64,000 nucleotides of DNA from Chthoniobacteraceae bacterium (GTDB taxonomy: Bacteria > Verrucomicrobiota > Verrucomicrobiia > Chthoniobacterales > Chthoniobacteraceae). The translations under genes were made by a program, and so were the position numbers. Positions 21,488 through 30,213 of the stretch are shown here, piece by piece. A model generated the notes under the pieces. That model searched no databases, was not told the origin of the DNA, and saw only the letters and a list, made by a program, of their open reading frames with translations. How positions within the stretch are numbered: position 1 is the first letter of the stretch; each line of letters begins with the position of its first letter. The stretch lies in NCBI GenBank assembly GCA_031409335.1, contig JANNWY010000170.1:64001-128000 (forward strand), given 5' to 3'.

Positions 21488-21964
21488 GTGACGGTTCTTT
21501 CGCCAATGCGCCCGGAGGCGTTTGATGCCTACTTGAGCGAGGCGATCGAGGGATACGCCGTGGACAATGTTGCCGCGGGGCGTTGGCCGCGGGAGGGGGC
21601 GATCGAGCGTTCGCGCGCGGACTTCGAGAGTTCCCTGCCGCGAGGGCTCGCGACGCCGGATCACTATCTTTATGAAATCAAGGCAGCCGAGGATGGCCCA
21701 ATCGTGGGAGCCATTTGGTTTGCGGTCATCGCGCGCAATGGGATTCGCTCGGCGTTTGTGTACGATCTCGAAATCAAAACCGAGTGGCGTCGCCAGGGCC
21801 ATGCGACGCGCGCCATCCAAGCGCTGGAGCCGATCGTGAGCGCGCTGGGCCTGTCCTCGATTGGCCTTCACGTCTTTGCTCAAAACGCGGGCGCGCAGGC
21901 TTTGTACGCGGGCCTCGGCTATGGCGTGACCGGCTTCAATATGACGAAGCGGCTCGGTGAATAG
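21488..21964 (+). CDS. GNAT family N-acetyltransferase
   Basis: WRRQGHA acetyl-CoA motif, IGLHVF..N..A.ALY..LGY. Confidence 0.88.
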   Translation: MTVLSPMRPEAFDAYLSEAIEGYAVDNVAAGRWPREGAIERSRADFESSLPRGLATPDHYLYEIKAAEDGPIVGAIWFAVIARNGIRSAFVYDLEIKTEWRRQGHATRAIQALEPIVSALGLSSIGLHVFAQNAGAQALYAGLGYGVTGFNMTKRLGE

Positions 21965-21976
21965 CGTCCCGCAATC

Positions 21977-23245
21977 CTACGGCGCGACGTTCACATTGAA
22001 CGGCGCAAAGATCATTTTTCCCTCGACGAGCACCTGGCAGAAGACCCGGAGGAATCCCGGACGCAGCGGGTAAAATTTGAAGCCGAGCACCGGTCCGCCG
22101 CGGAGGTCGTCGCGCGTGACGTCGCCACCTTCGGGGTGGAGGTGGACGACGGTGCGGTAGTCGTCGTAGAAGCCGACGAGGTGGCAGAAGGCGTTCATCA
22201 CGGGCTCGAGTTTGCGGACCGGTTTGCCGGCGGCGTCGGTGATTTCGATTTGCATGATGCGGACCTGTTTGGCGCGGGGCAGCGCGCCGTTTTCAAAGGT
22301 GAGCCGGAAATTCAGACCACCGGCCTGGCTCGAGAAGCGGCCGGACATGTCGCCGATGGAATCCGGCGTGCCGCTGCCGGGAAGTTCGACGGCGGGATAC
22401 TCCTGCACGCCGCTGTCGGCGGGGACGAGGTCGGCCCAGATGCGGTAGCTGGAGCTTTTTTTCGGGATGAAGGAGAAGGCGTATTCGCCGGGAACATCGG
22501 TGGGGACGGGGTGCTCGTGGTGGTAGTCGGTGAGGCCGGGGTCCACGATGAGGAGATGGATGGGCTCGGTGTGCATGACGAGGAGGTCTTTGATGAGGAC
22601 GGGGGTGCCGTCGCGGCGCTGGATTTGCACTTTGATGTCGGCCTTCTTGCCGGCTTCGAGCGGGCCGGTGGCGAGAGCTTTCAAAAGCATGGTGGGCTCG
22701 CCGGGCGGGACGTAGATGAAGGAGTAAGGGATGCGGCGCTTGAGCATGTCCATGCCGCATTTTGCGCAGGGCGTGGTGTGGTTCGGTGCGACGCATTCGG
22801 GGTGCATCGGGCAGAGCGAGATTTCGGTGGCGACGATCTTCGGGTCGAATTGCGCGGCCATTTTCGCGATCACTTCGCGCAGTTCATCGAAGGCTTTGCG
22901 CGTGCCATCGCGGTCCTTGCCGGTGCTGGCGATGGCGATGTTGTTGATGAGGGCGAGGCCGCGGACGGACTGGGCTTTGAGTTCGGCGCTGCGCTCGGGC
23001 GGCGTGGTTTCCATGGCGAGCCTGCGCAGTGCGGGGCTGCAGAGGGAGACTTGGACTTGGATTTCGGCGAGGCGCTCTTCCTTGAGCAGTCGTTCGATAT
23101 TCGCGGTGGCGAGGCCGATGACGTTCCATGCCTCGGGCGCGGTGGGTGGGTCGAGGACATTCAGTGGCACGGCGACGTCGGCCCTGGCATTTACGAAGAG
23201 GCTGGCAACGATCGCGAAGAGTCGGAGGAGAGGCGCGGGTTTCAT
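21977..23245 (-). CDS. Secreted heavy-metal-binding domain protein
   Basis: Signal peptide; CPMHP...C.KCGM.M heavy-metal-binding motif; two His-rich modules (HTEPIHLLIVD..LTDYHHEHP, HLVGF...VHLHP). Confidence 0.75.
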   Translation of the reverse strand: MKPAPLLRLFAIVASLFVNARADVAVPLNVLDPPTAPEAWNVIGLATANIERLLKEERLAEIQVQVSLCSPALRRLAMETTPPERSAELKAQSVRGLALINNIAIASTGKDRDGTRKAFDELREVIAKMAAQFDPKIVATEISLCPMHPECVAPNHTTPCAKCGMDMLKRRIPYSFIYVPPGEPTMLLKALATGPLEAGKKADIKVQIQRRDGTPVLIKDLLVMHTEPIHLLIVDPGLTDYHHEHPVPTDVPGEYAFSFIPKKSSSYRIWADLVPADSGVQEYPAVELPGSGTPDSIGDMSGRFSSQAGGLNFRLTFENGALPRAKQVRIMQIEITDAAGKPVRKLEPVMNAFCHLVGFYDDYRTVVHLHPEGGDVTRDDLRGGPVLGFKFYPLRPGFLRVFCQVLVEGKMIFAPFNVNVAP

Positions 23246-23313
23246 GGGAAGCAAAAACGCTTCGCACGCGAGACCGCGAATGGGAAGCCGCTTCCCGAGG
23301 CGGGCGCGCTCCG

Positions 23314-23970
23314 TCAGCGGGAGTTTCCGTTCGATGCGAGGACCGCACGGCGGTTCAGCTCCGCGCCGTCTTTGAGCCGGAGCTTGTCCCTGATCCGCTG
23401 CCGGTGCGTCTCGATCGTCTTCACGCTCACACCTAATTCCAAAGCGATCGCGCGTCCTGAGCGGCCCGCGCCCAGCATCTGGAAAACCTGCCGCTCGCGC
23501 TGCGAAAGCACCCCGGTTTCATCGCCGCTCAACTGCACCGCACCGCACGCGAGTTTTTCCAGCAGCACATCCTCGACGCACGGCCCGACATGCCGCTCGC
23601 CTTTCACCGCACCCACGATCGCGGCCATGACCGCCGCCAGCGGATCGCGCCGCGTGACGTATCCGCACACACCCGCCTGAAACGCGCGCTGCACGCTCAA
23701 AGCATCCTCCAGCGCGGTGAACGCGACCACATTCGGACGCGCCTTCGAGCGCCTCAGCTCCGCGATGAAATGCACCCCGTCGCCCAGCGCGGGATCGACC
23801 ACGACGACCTCCGGTTTCAGTCTGGAAGCCATTTCGCGGGCGACCGCCAGCGAGTCCGTCTCCCCCGCCACGCGCAGCAGCGCATGTGAACCGATCAACT
23901 GCACCATCCCAAATCGCGCGACCGCTTCCGCGTCCACGACGAGCACATTTGCTTTCCGAGAGTTAGGCAT
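23314..23970 (-). CDS. NarL/LuxR-family response regulator (atypical receiver)
   Basis: Receiver (VLVVD..., VVVVDP, FTA) plus LuxR HTH LSQRERQVF..LG.G...IA.ELGVSVKTIETHRQRIRDKL. Confidence 0.88.
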   Translation of the reverse strand: MPNSRKANVLVVDAEAVARFGMVQLIGSHALLRVAGETDSLAVAREMASRLKPEVVVVDPALGDGVHFIAELRRSKARPNVVAFTALEDALSVQRAFQAGVCGYVTRRDPLAAVMAAIVGAVKGERHVGPCVEDVLLEKLACGAVQLSGDETGVLSQRERQVFQMLGAGRSGRAIALELGVSVKTIETHRQRIRDKLRLKDGAELNRRAVLASNGNSR

Positions 23971-23994
23971 ATTGGAGTCCTCCGAGTCAAAAGG

Positions 23995-24049
23995 GTTGTA
24001 GGACATCTCCCGACGCGAAATCAAGGCGCGTTGTAAGAAAATTCGCGAC
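23995..24049. promoter_or_regulatory. Candidate tandem operator sites between the regulator and the haloperoxidase operon
   Basis: Imperfect direct repeat GTTGTAGGACATCTCCCGAC (23995-24014) / GTTGTAAGAAAATTCGCGAC (24030-24049), 15/20 identical, 35-bp period. Confidence 0.35.
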
Positions 24050-24320
24050 ACGCCCACGGGTGCCCAGTCCCGCCAGACGCCCGACAGAAAATGAAGGAGC
24101 GAGCCCGATATGCAACCCCGCCGCCATCCGCTCTACTCCGGCCCGTGACGAGGAAAGCAATGACCCAAACATCGGGAAGACCATCCGGCAGCACTGAGCG
24201 CATCGCGTGGAAACGCGGTGGCGACTTTCTCCCGGCCCGCGCAAGCGCCGAATCATGGCCGGACGGCCCGGCCCAGTTCGCGCCGCACTTTCATCACTCC
24301 ACAATCAACCCGCTAAAATC

Positions 24321-25721
24321 ATGAACATCATCCGCTATTGGAACGATCTCTCCCAGCGCCTCGTCGCCGACGACCACACCGGCAGCCCTGCTCCCGCCAA
24401 TCGCGGCGGTCCCGTGCAGACCAGCTACGCCCTCGCGCTCCTGCACCTCGCGCTGCACGATACCGTGGCGAAAACCGGCGGCGGCTTTTCACCTTACCTC
24501 ACCACGCACGGCGCGGCCACGGCGGGCACCATGCAGGCGGAGGCGCTCACGGGAGCCTTCACCCGCATGGCCACGGAAATGTATCCGGCGCACAGCGCGA
24601 CCATCACGGCAGCGCGGGAAGGTGCGCGCAATGCGCTCGGCAGCGCTGGCATGTATCCCAACGACTCGGAGAAATACGGCATCGCCATCGCGCAAAAGCT
24701 CATCGATGCCCGCATCGGGGATGGGACGCAGGTGATGGAGACTTACCAATTTGGCAATGAGCCGGGCGAGCACCGGCCCGACCCGGCGCAACCCGGCCAG
24801 GGTGCCCTCGGCAGCAAGTGGGGAGGGGTGACGCCTTTCACCTACGCCAAAGGCAAACACCCGCACATCCCCGGCCCGCCGGCGCTCCAGAGTGCGGCCT
24901 ACCTGGCGGCTTACAACCAAGTCTATTCCGAAGGCCGGAGCGACCTCGCGCTGCGTAAGCCACAGCAGGCCATGATGGGGGTCTTTTGGGGTTACGATGG
25001 GCCGCAAAAACTCGGCACGCCGCCGCGCCTTTACAACCAGGTCGTCCGCGCCATCTCCGATCCGCTCAACCTCAGCCTCGCCGACGAGGTGCGGCTGCTC
25101 ACGCTCATCAATGTGGGCATGGCCGATGCCGGGATCGCGTGCTGGTACCATAAATACGAATGCAATTTCTGGCGACCCGTGGTCGGCATCCGCGAGGCCG
25201 CGTACGGAGCGGGCCCGAGCGAGCGGGGAGATACTTACGCAAAGACGGCGGGCGATCCTTTCTGGCTCCCGCTCGGCCTCCCGCACACGAACGCCGCGCG
25301 CCCAGCCCACTGCACGCCCGGCTTTCCCGCCTACCCGTCCGGCCACAGCACGTTTGGCGCGACCGCCTTTTTGCTCGCGGCAAAATTCCTCGGGGCCAAG
25401 CCGGAAAAGATCAAATTCGATTTCGTCTCGGATGAATTCAACGGCGTCAACCGCGACGACCACGGCGTGATTCGCCCGCGGCTGCGGCGCAGCTTCACGC
25501 TGGCCAGCGCCATCGAGGAAAACGCGGACAGCCGCATCTACCTCGGCGTGCATTGGAAATTCGACGCCACCGACGGCATCAAACTCGCCAAACAATTGAT
25601 CGACGGCATCGACGCCAAATTTGGCAAACCCCGCGCGCCGCAAGGCTGCCTGACCCGCGCGAGCAAGGCCGGCCCCGAGTCGCTCCCGCCGCAGACCTCC
25701 GTGCGCCAGCAGATGCGCTAA
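24321..25721 (+). CDS. Vanadium-dependent haloperoxidase (chloroperoxidase-like, PAP2 superfamily)
   Basis: Vanadate-site motifs KYECNFWRP, FPAYPSGHSTFG, SRIYLGVHW. FWGYDG..LGTPPRLYNQ and DPFWL resemble fungal vanadium chloroperoxidase. No signal peptide. Confidence 0.88.
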   Translation: MNIIRYWNDLSQRLVADDHTGSPAPANRGGPVQTSYALALLHLALHDTVAKTGGGFSPYLTTHGAATAGTMQAEALTGAFTRMATEMYPAHSATITAAREGARNALGSAGMYPNDSEKYGIAIAQKLIDARIGDGTQVMETYQFGNEPGEHRPDPAQPGQGALGSKWGGVTPFTYAKGKHPHIPGPPALQSAAYLAAYNQVYSEGRSDLALRKPQQAMMGVFWGYDGPQKLGTPPRLYNQVVRAISDPLNLSLADEVRLLTLINVGMADAGIACWYHKYECNFWRPVVGIREAAYGAGPSERGDTYAKTAGDPFWLPLGLPHTNAARPAHCTPGFPAYPSGHSTFGATAFLLAAKFLGAKPEKIKFDFVSDEFNGVNRDDHGVIRPRLRRSFTLASAIEENADSRIYLGVHWKFDATDGIKLAKQLIDGIDAKFGKPRAPQGCLTRASKAGPESLPPQTSVRQQMR

Positions 25722-25761
25722 GACAGCCAGGCCACCGAACCAGTCAGCCAGTTAGAAAGCC

Positions 25762-27615
25762 ATGCCCAAGTCCATTACCGTCGAGGCTCTCAAAACGTAC
25801 GTGCGCAACGAAGCGTCGTACTTTTTGGACAAGCCCAACGTCACCTCCATCGGAGTCGGCTACAAACAGGTCGGCGGGAAAGCGACCAGGGAACTTTGCA
25901 TCCAGCTCACCGTGGGTGAAAAATCCGCGCCCGAGCGACTCGAATCGCTGGGCGTGGAGGCGCTGCCGAAAAAGCTCGTCGTCGGCGGCATCGAAGTGCC
26001 CACCGATGTGATCGAGCGCAGCTACGACGCCCACCTGCGTCCGCAGGCCGCGCCGCGCAAACCCGATCGCAAGAAGCGCCTCGACCCGATCGTGCCGGGC
26101 ATCAGCATCGCGCATGTCGATGTCACCGCTGGCACCGTCGGCGCGGTCGTCTATGATGCGCGCACCGGCGCGCCGTACGTGCTTTCCAACTGGCACGTCC
26201 TCCACGGCGACACGGGCGGCATCGGCGACCCAATCTCGCAGCCCGGCTCCTTCGATGACAACCGCGTGCAGCAAAACCTCTACGGTCATCTCGTGCGCAG
26301 CCACCTCGGTGCCGCAGGCGACTGCGCCATCGCCACCATCGAAGGCCGCCAGCTCGCGCCAGAAATCCTCGGCCTCGGCGTCGCCGTGGACCGGATCGCC
26401 GAGCCCGCGCTCGGGGACAAAGTGATGAAGTCCGGCCGCACCACCGAAATCACGCACGGCATCGTCGCCCGCGTCCACGTCACCGTGCGGATCGATTACG
26501 GCGCGGCGGGGAGTCACGACATCGGCGGCTTTGAAATCCAGCCCGACCCAGCGCATCCCGCCCGCGACGGCGAGATCAGCATGGGCGGCGACTCCGGCGC
26601 GGCGTGGGTGGGCAGCGAGCGGGGGAAAGCCACGAGCACCATGGTTGGCCTGCACTTCGCCGGCGAAGTCGGCAACGCCCCCGAACACGCGCTGGCGTGT
26701 TATGCCGGTTCCGTCTTCCAAAAACTCGAGATCGTCCCGAAGCGTCCGGAGGCTCGCGACATCGAGCCGGACAGCGGCCGCGGCTTCGCCACCGCCTTCC
26801 TCGCCCGCCCCGTGGCGCTCCCGCAGCCCGCATCGCGGAGCGTGGAAAACGACCTCGTCGTCGTGAACGGTCGCGCGGTCGTGGACTACACCCACTTCTC
26901 GCTGGCGATGAGCAAAAGCCGACGCTTCGCCCGCTGGGTCGCGTGGAACATCGACGGCGGCTCCATGAAGCGCATCAGCCGCGACGGCATCCCCTTCATC
27001 AAGGATCCCGGCGTGCCCGCGCAATTCCAGATCGGCAACGAACTTTACTCGAACAACCCGCTCGACCGCGGCCACATCGCGCGCCGGCAAGATTTGCTGT
27101 GGGGATCGCTGGCCGAAGCCGAACGCGCGAACACCGACTCGTCTTTTTACACGAACATCACGCCCCAGCATTCCGCCTTCAATCAATCCGGCGCCCGCGC
27201 CATCTGGGGCGAACTCGAAAACGCCATCTTCGACGATGTCGCTGTCGCCGACCTGCGCGTCAGCGCCATCGGCGGGCCGATCTTCGGCGACCGCGATCCC
27301 GAATACCGACAGGTAAAGCTGCCGCGCGAATTCTTCAAAATCCTCTACTGGCGCGAGCGCGGAAGCGACGCCCTCAGTGCCAAAGGCTACGTGCTCACGC
27401 AGGCCGACCTCATCAATGAACTCGAAGCGCTCGAACTCCCCGAGTTCGCAGTCTTCGAGGTCCCCATCGGCGAAATCGGCCGCCGCAGCGGCCTGGTCCT
27501 CCCCGCCGCCAGCGCACCCCAAGCCGCTGCGGGCCGCGCGCGCGCCGCCAAAGCCGAGGCGGATGAAAGGCCGGGAATCCGCCGCGTGGGGTCGGTAAGG
27601 GAGATCGTCGGATAA
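25762..27615 (+). CDS. Trypsin/Nal1-like serine protease fused to DNA/RNA non-specific (EndoG/NucA) endonuclease
   Basis: Triad LSNWHVL / GDCAIA / GGDSGA, with KSGRTT and GLHFAG. C-terminal YTHFSL.MS..RRFA..VAWNIDG, LDRGHIARR, F.YTNITPQH..FNQ, WGELEN, GPIF, P.EFFKI. Confidence 0.88.
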   Translation: MPKSITVEALKTYVRNEASYFLDKPNVTSIGVGYKQVGGKATRELCIQLTVGEKSAPERLESLGVEALPKKLVVGGIEVPTDVIERSYDAHLRPQAAPRKPDRKKRLDPIVPGISIAHVDVTAGTVGAVVYDARTGAPYVLSNWHVLHGDTGGIGDPISQPGSFDDNRVQQNLYGHLVRSHLGAAGDCAIATIEGRQLAPEILGLGVAVDRIAEPALGDKVMKSGRTTEITHGIVARVHVTVRIDYGAAGSHDIGGFEIQPDPAHPARDGEISMGGDSGAAWVGSERGKATSTMVGLHFAGEVGNAPEHALACYAGSVFQKLEIVPKRPEARDIEPDSGRGFATAFLARPVALPQPASRSVENDLVVVNGRAVVDYTHFSLAMSKSRRFARWVAWNIDGGSMKRISRDGIPFIKDPGVPAQFQIGNELYSNNPLDRGHIARRQDLLWGSLAEAERANTDSSFYTNITPQHSAFNQSGARAIWGELENAIFDDVAVADLRVSAIGGPIFGDRDPEYRQVKLPREFFKILYWRERGSDALSAKGYVLTQADLINELEALELPEFAVFEVPIGEIGRRSGLVLPAASAPQAAAGRARAAKAEADERPGIRRVGSVREIVG

Positions 27616-27685
27616 AACCAGCGTTTCTTCACTTTCACAGCTTCGTTTCACATCTATGCACACGATCCAGAGTCTAGTTTGACAT

Positions 27686-28939
27686 ATGAAAGCAACCCCA
27701 AAAAGCCGACTCTTTTCGCTCCTAGCACAACTATGCCGGTCCCGCCCTCTCGCATGGCTCATCCTAGCGATTCCGATGGCGGGTTGTCTCTCAACGATGA
27801 CCACGCGCCAACTCGGTGCGGAAGATCCCGTCGGCAATCACGGGGTTGAGCGGAGCCGAAACGGAGTGGGCTACAATCTGCCTTCCGGGCGGATTAAGAT
27901 AACGGCGGTGAAACAGCCTGGACAGACGCCGACGATCACGGTCGAGACACAGTATGTGAGTGATCCGAGCTATGCGTTGACTCTCTCGCCAAAGGCATCA
28001 GGTATGGCGGATGAGGACGTGAGCATCGATAAGGAGCCGGGAACGGAATTGCTTAAGAAGATCACTGCAAATTATACCGATAAGACTGGCGAGGTGGTCG
28101 AAACCTTGGTGAAGACAGGAGTGAAAGCGTTCCAGCTTGCCCACGGCATCCTCCCCGCTCAAAAGGAGCGCGCGATGCTGGGGCAAACGGAGCGAATGGC
28201 GGAGCGGTTCTACTCCTTCACATGGGAGTTCCATCCATTTGATCAGCGTCAGCTCGCTGCGGCCAAGGCGCTATTTCGCAAGCATGACTTGACCCTGGAT
28301 TTCCGCGGGCGGCTCAGCACACGCACGCATAACTATTCTGAAATCCCAACGGATAACCGGCGCGTCTATTACCGCACCCTGCTGCCTTACCAACTCGTCG
28401 TCCAAGACCCGCTGTCGAACAGCTATCACGCGGCGACTGTAATGCTGCCGGACGAGTCGCCCATTCTTTCGCTGGATGTGCGCCGAGCACTCTTTGTAGC
28501 AAAGGTCAATGAAGTAACCTTCGACCACGGAATGCTGACGGCAGTACATACCGTCAAGCCAAGCGAGGTGCTGGCGATGACCAAGACGCTAGGGAACATC
28601 GTGGACCAGATCGCCGCACTTTCGCCGATCCAGATCAAGATCGACCAGTCATCCGCACGCTCCGCCTTACTTCAGCAGCAGACGGCTGAAATCACGCAGC
28701 GTGGCAGCCAATTCGACGCGATGCTCGCGGCAATAAACTCAAAGCAGACATTTACCACCCGCGAGGATGAGATTCGCCGCCAGGCCGAGGAGGCCAAGGC
28801 ACAAGCGGAACGCAGCAAACGCAGCGCGCAGGACGAACGCGCCAAACGCGAGGACGCTGGCCAGAGCCTGAAGGCGTCGATGGATCGGGAGGCGGCGGCG
28901 CGCAAGGAACTTGAAGCATACAAAATGTTGCATCCATGA
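27686..28939 (+). CDS. Lipoprotein (DUF4831-like, internal two-fold repeat) with C-terminal coiled coil
   Basis: Lipobox ...LAIPMAGC. Two similar halves (GYNLP...YVSD...ELLKKI / VYYR...LPDE...GMLTAV) and a charged helical tail. Confidence 0.65.
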   Translation: MKATPKSRLFSLLAQLCRSRPLAWLILAIPMAGCLSTMTTRQLGAEDPVGNHGVERSRNGVGYNLPSGRIKITAVKQPGQTPTITVETQYVSDPSYALTLSPKASGMADEDVSIDKEPGTELLKKITANYTDKTGEVVETLVKTGVKAFQLAHGILPAQKERAMLGQTERMAERFYSFTWEFHPFDQRQLAAAKALFRKHDLTLDFRGRLSTRTHNYSEIPTDNRRVYYRTLLPYQLVVQDPLSNSYHAATVMLPDESPILSLDVRRALFVAKVNEVTFDHGMLTAVHTVKPSEVLAMTKTLGNIVDQIAALSPIQIKIDQSSARSALLQQQTAEITQRGSQFDAMLAAINSKQTFTTREDEIRRQAEEAKAQAERSKRSAQDERAKREDAGQSLKASMDREAAARKELEAYKMLHP

Positions 28940-30105
28940 ACCCAATCCCAATCGCACTCATCCCAACTCTGGCATTTGCGCTGACCGCTTCAGCTCAAGT
29001 CACCACTGGCCGTTTTCCAGCCGAGCCGCGCAATCCCGCTGGGGAGAGGTTTGGAATCTTCAAGGTGCCGGCAGAGGCCGTAAAAAAGCTGAGCGCAGCG
29101 CAAGCATTCGCCGATGGCTTGGGCTTAAAATCTGCAAGAGAGTTCAACCAAACCTTTGCGCGCGCGCTGAAACTCTCCGAAACCGAAATCCGCATCGACG
29201 AAAGCGCCCACAAGCAGCCGTCTAGCTTTGGCGCGTCAAACTTCAACCAACGGACGACGACTTTTCAGAAGTTCATTCGTATCGACGGCCCGCGTAGTTT
29301 GGCGAATGATGAGGTTTACAATACCGGACTGAAGCGACTGATCGAGCAAACGCAGCGAGGCGAGCGAATCATGGGAGGCAAGACCGCAGGCCCGTTTGAA
29401 CTGCGGGATTGCGTGGCGGTGGGCGACAGTGTCGATTACTTTGCAACTGGCACGTTAATCAGCGAACAACTGGTCTTGAGTGCCGTGCATGTCGCCCGGC
29501 GCCGGATGCCAAAGAAGATTTTCATTGGTCACAATCTCAATATAGCTGGCGGCGGACGCGAAATCGAGGTGGCCTCCGTGCATGCGCAGACCGGCGCAAC
29601 AGTTGGAGTGGATACCCCGGAGGGGTTGCTCCTACTAGTGCTCAAGGAAAAGGTGACCGATGTATCGCCGCGTCGGTTGCCACCGCAAGCGATGTCGGCG
29701 AGCTATCCGTGGGAGAATACCGATCCCGGATTGCAGTTACTACGCATCGCTGGTTTCGGAGCAGCTTCTGGGGACGGTCTTTCCGGTTTTGGTATCAAAC
29801 GGCTTGCGGAAGTGCCCACTGCGGGGCGTTTGCCTGACGTTTATGGATTTGATCCTGCCAGCGAGTTTGCAGCGGGGTTTGACGACTTAGGGATCGACTC
29901 ATGCAGCGGTGACAGCGGCGGACCAGCTATGGTCTATATGCCGACAGAACAGGATTGGTTTCTAGTTGGCTGCACGTCACGCTCGACCAAGAGCGCGAGT
30001 GACGACGTGTGTGGAGATGGAGGTATCTACTTGAGGGCTGACACTCAGAAAGCGCGCGAGTGGATATCCACAGTCGCGGCAGCAAACGAGGTTAGATTCC
30101 CATGA
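28936..30105 (+). CDS. Secreted trypsin-like (S1) serine protease zymogen
   Basis: Signal peptide, propeptide, R-IMGG activation site, LSAVH, DSCSGDSGGP. ATGA-coupled to the lipoprotein gene. Confidence 0.85.
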   Translation: MNPIPIALIPTLAFALTASAQVTTGRFPAEPRNPAGERFGIFKVPAEAVKKLSAAQAFADGLGLKSAREFNQTFARALKLSETEIRIDESAHKQPSSFGASNFNQRTTTFQKFIRIDGPRSLANDEVYNTGLKRLIEQTQRGERIMGGKTAGPFELRDCVAVGDSVDYFATGTLISEQLVLSAVHVARRRMPKKIFIGHNLNIAGGGREIEVASVHAQTGATVGVDTPEGLLLLVLKEKVTDVSPRRLPPQAMSASYPWENTDPGLQLLRIAGFGAASGDGLSGFGIKRLAEVPTAGRLPDVYGFDPASEFAAGFDDLGIDSCSGDSGGPAMVYMPTEQDWFLVGCTSRSTKSASDDVCGDGGIYLRADTQKAREWISTVAAANEVRFP

Positions 30106-30199
30106 CGACCAGATTCTGGATGGTTTCAAGGGGGGCGACTGGGGCTTGGCGAATCCGATCGCGGATGTCCTTGCCGAGCTTGAAATCGAGATACTCTGA
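30101..30199 (+). pseudogene. Orphan C-terminal remnant of a Nal1/trypsin-like protease
   Basis: A frame with no usable start reads HDDQILDGFKGGDWGLANPIADVLAELEIEIL*. The ANPI.DVL..L.I end resembles the C-terminus of Nal1-like proteases. Confidence 0.45.
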
Positions 30200-30213
30200 C
30201 TTAGCGTCCCCGT

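Noticed and set aside
25744..27837. 697-aa minus-strand ORF
   Set aside because: Antisense shadow of the protease-nuclease gene. The same applies to 30469..32304 (typA), 40682..42466 and 22136..23680.
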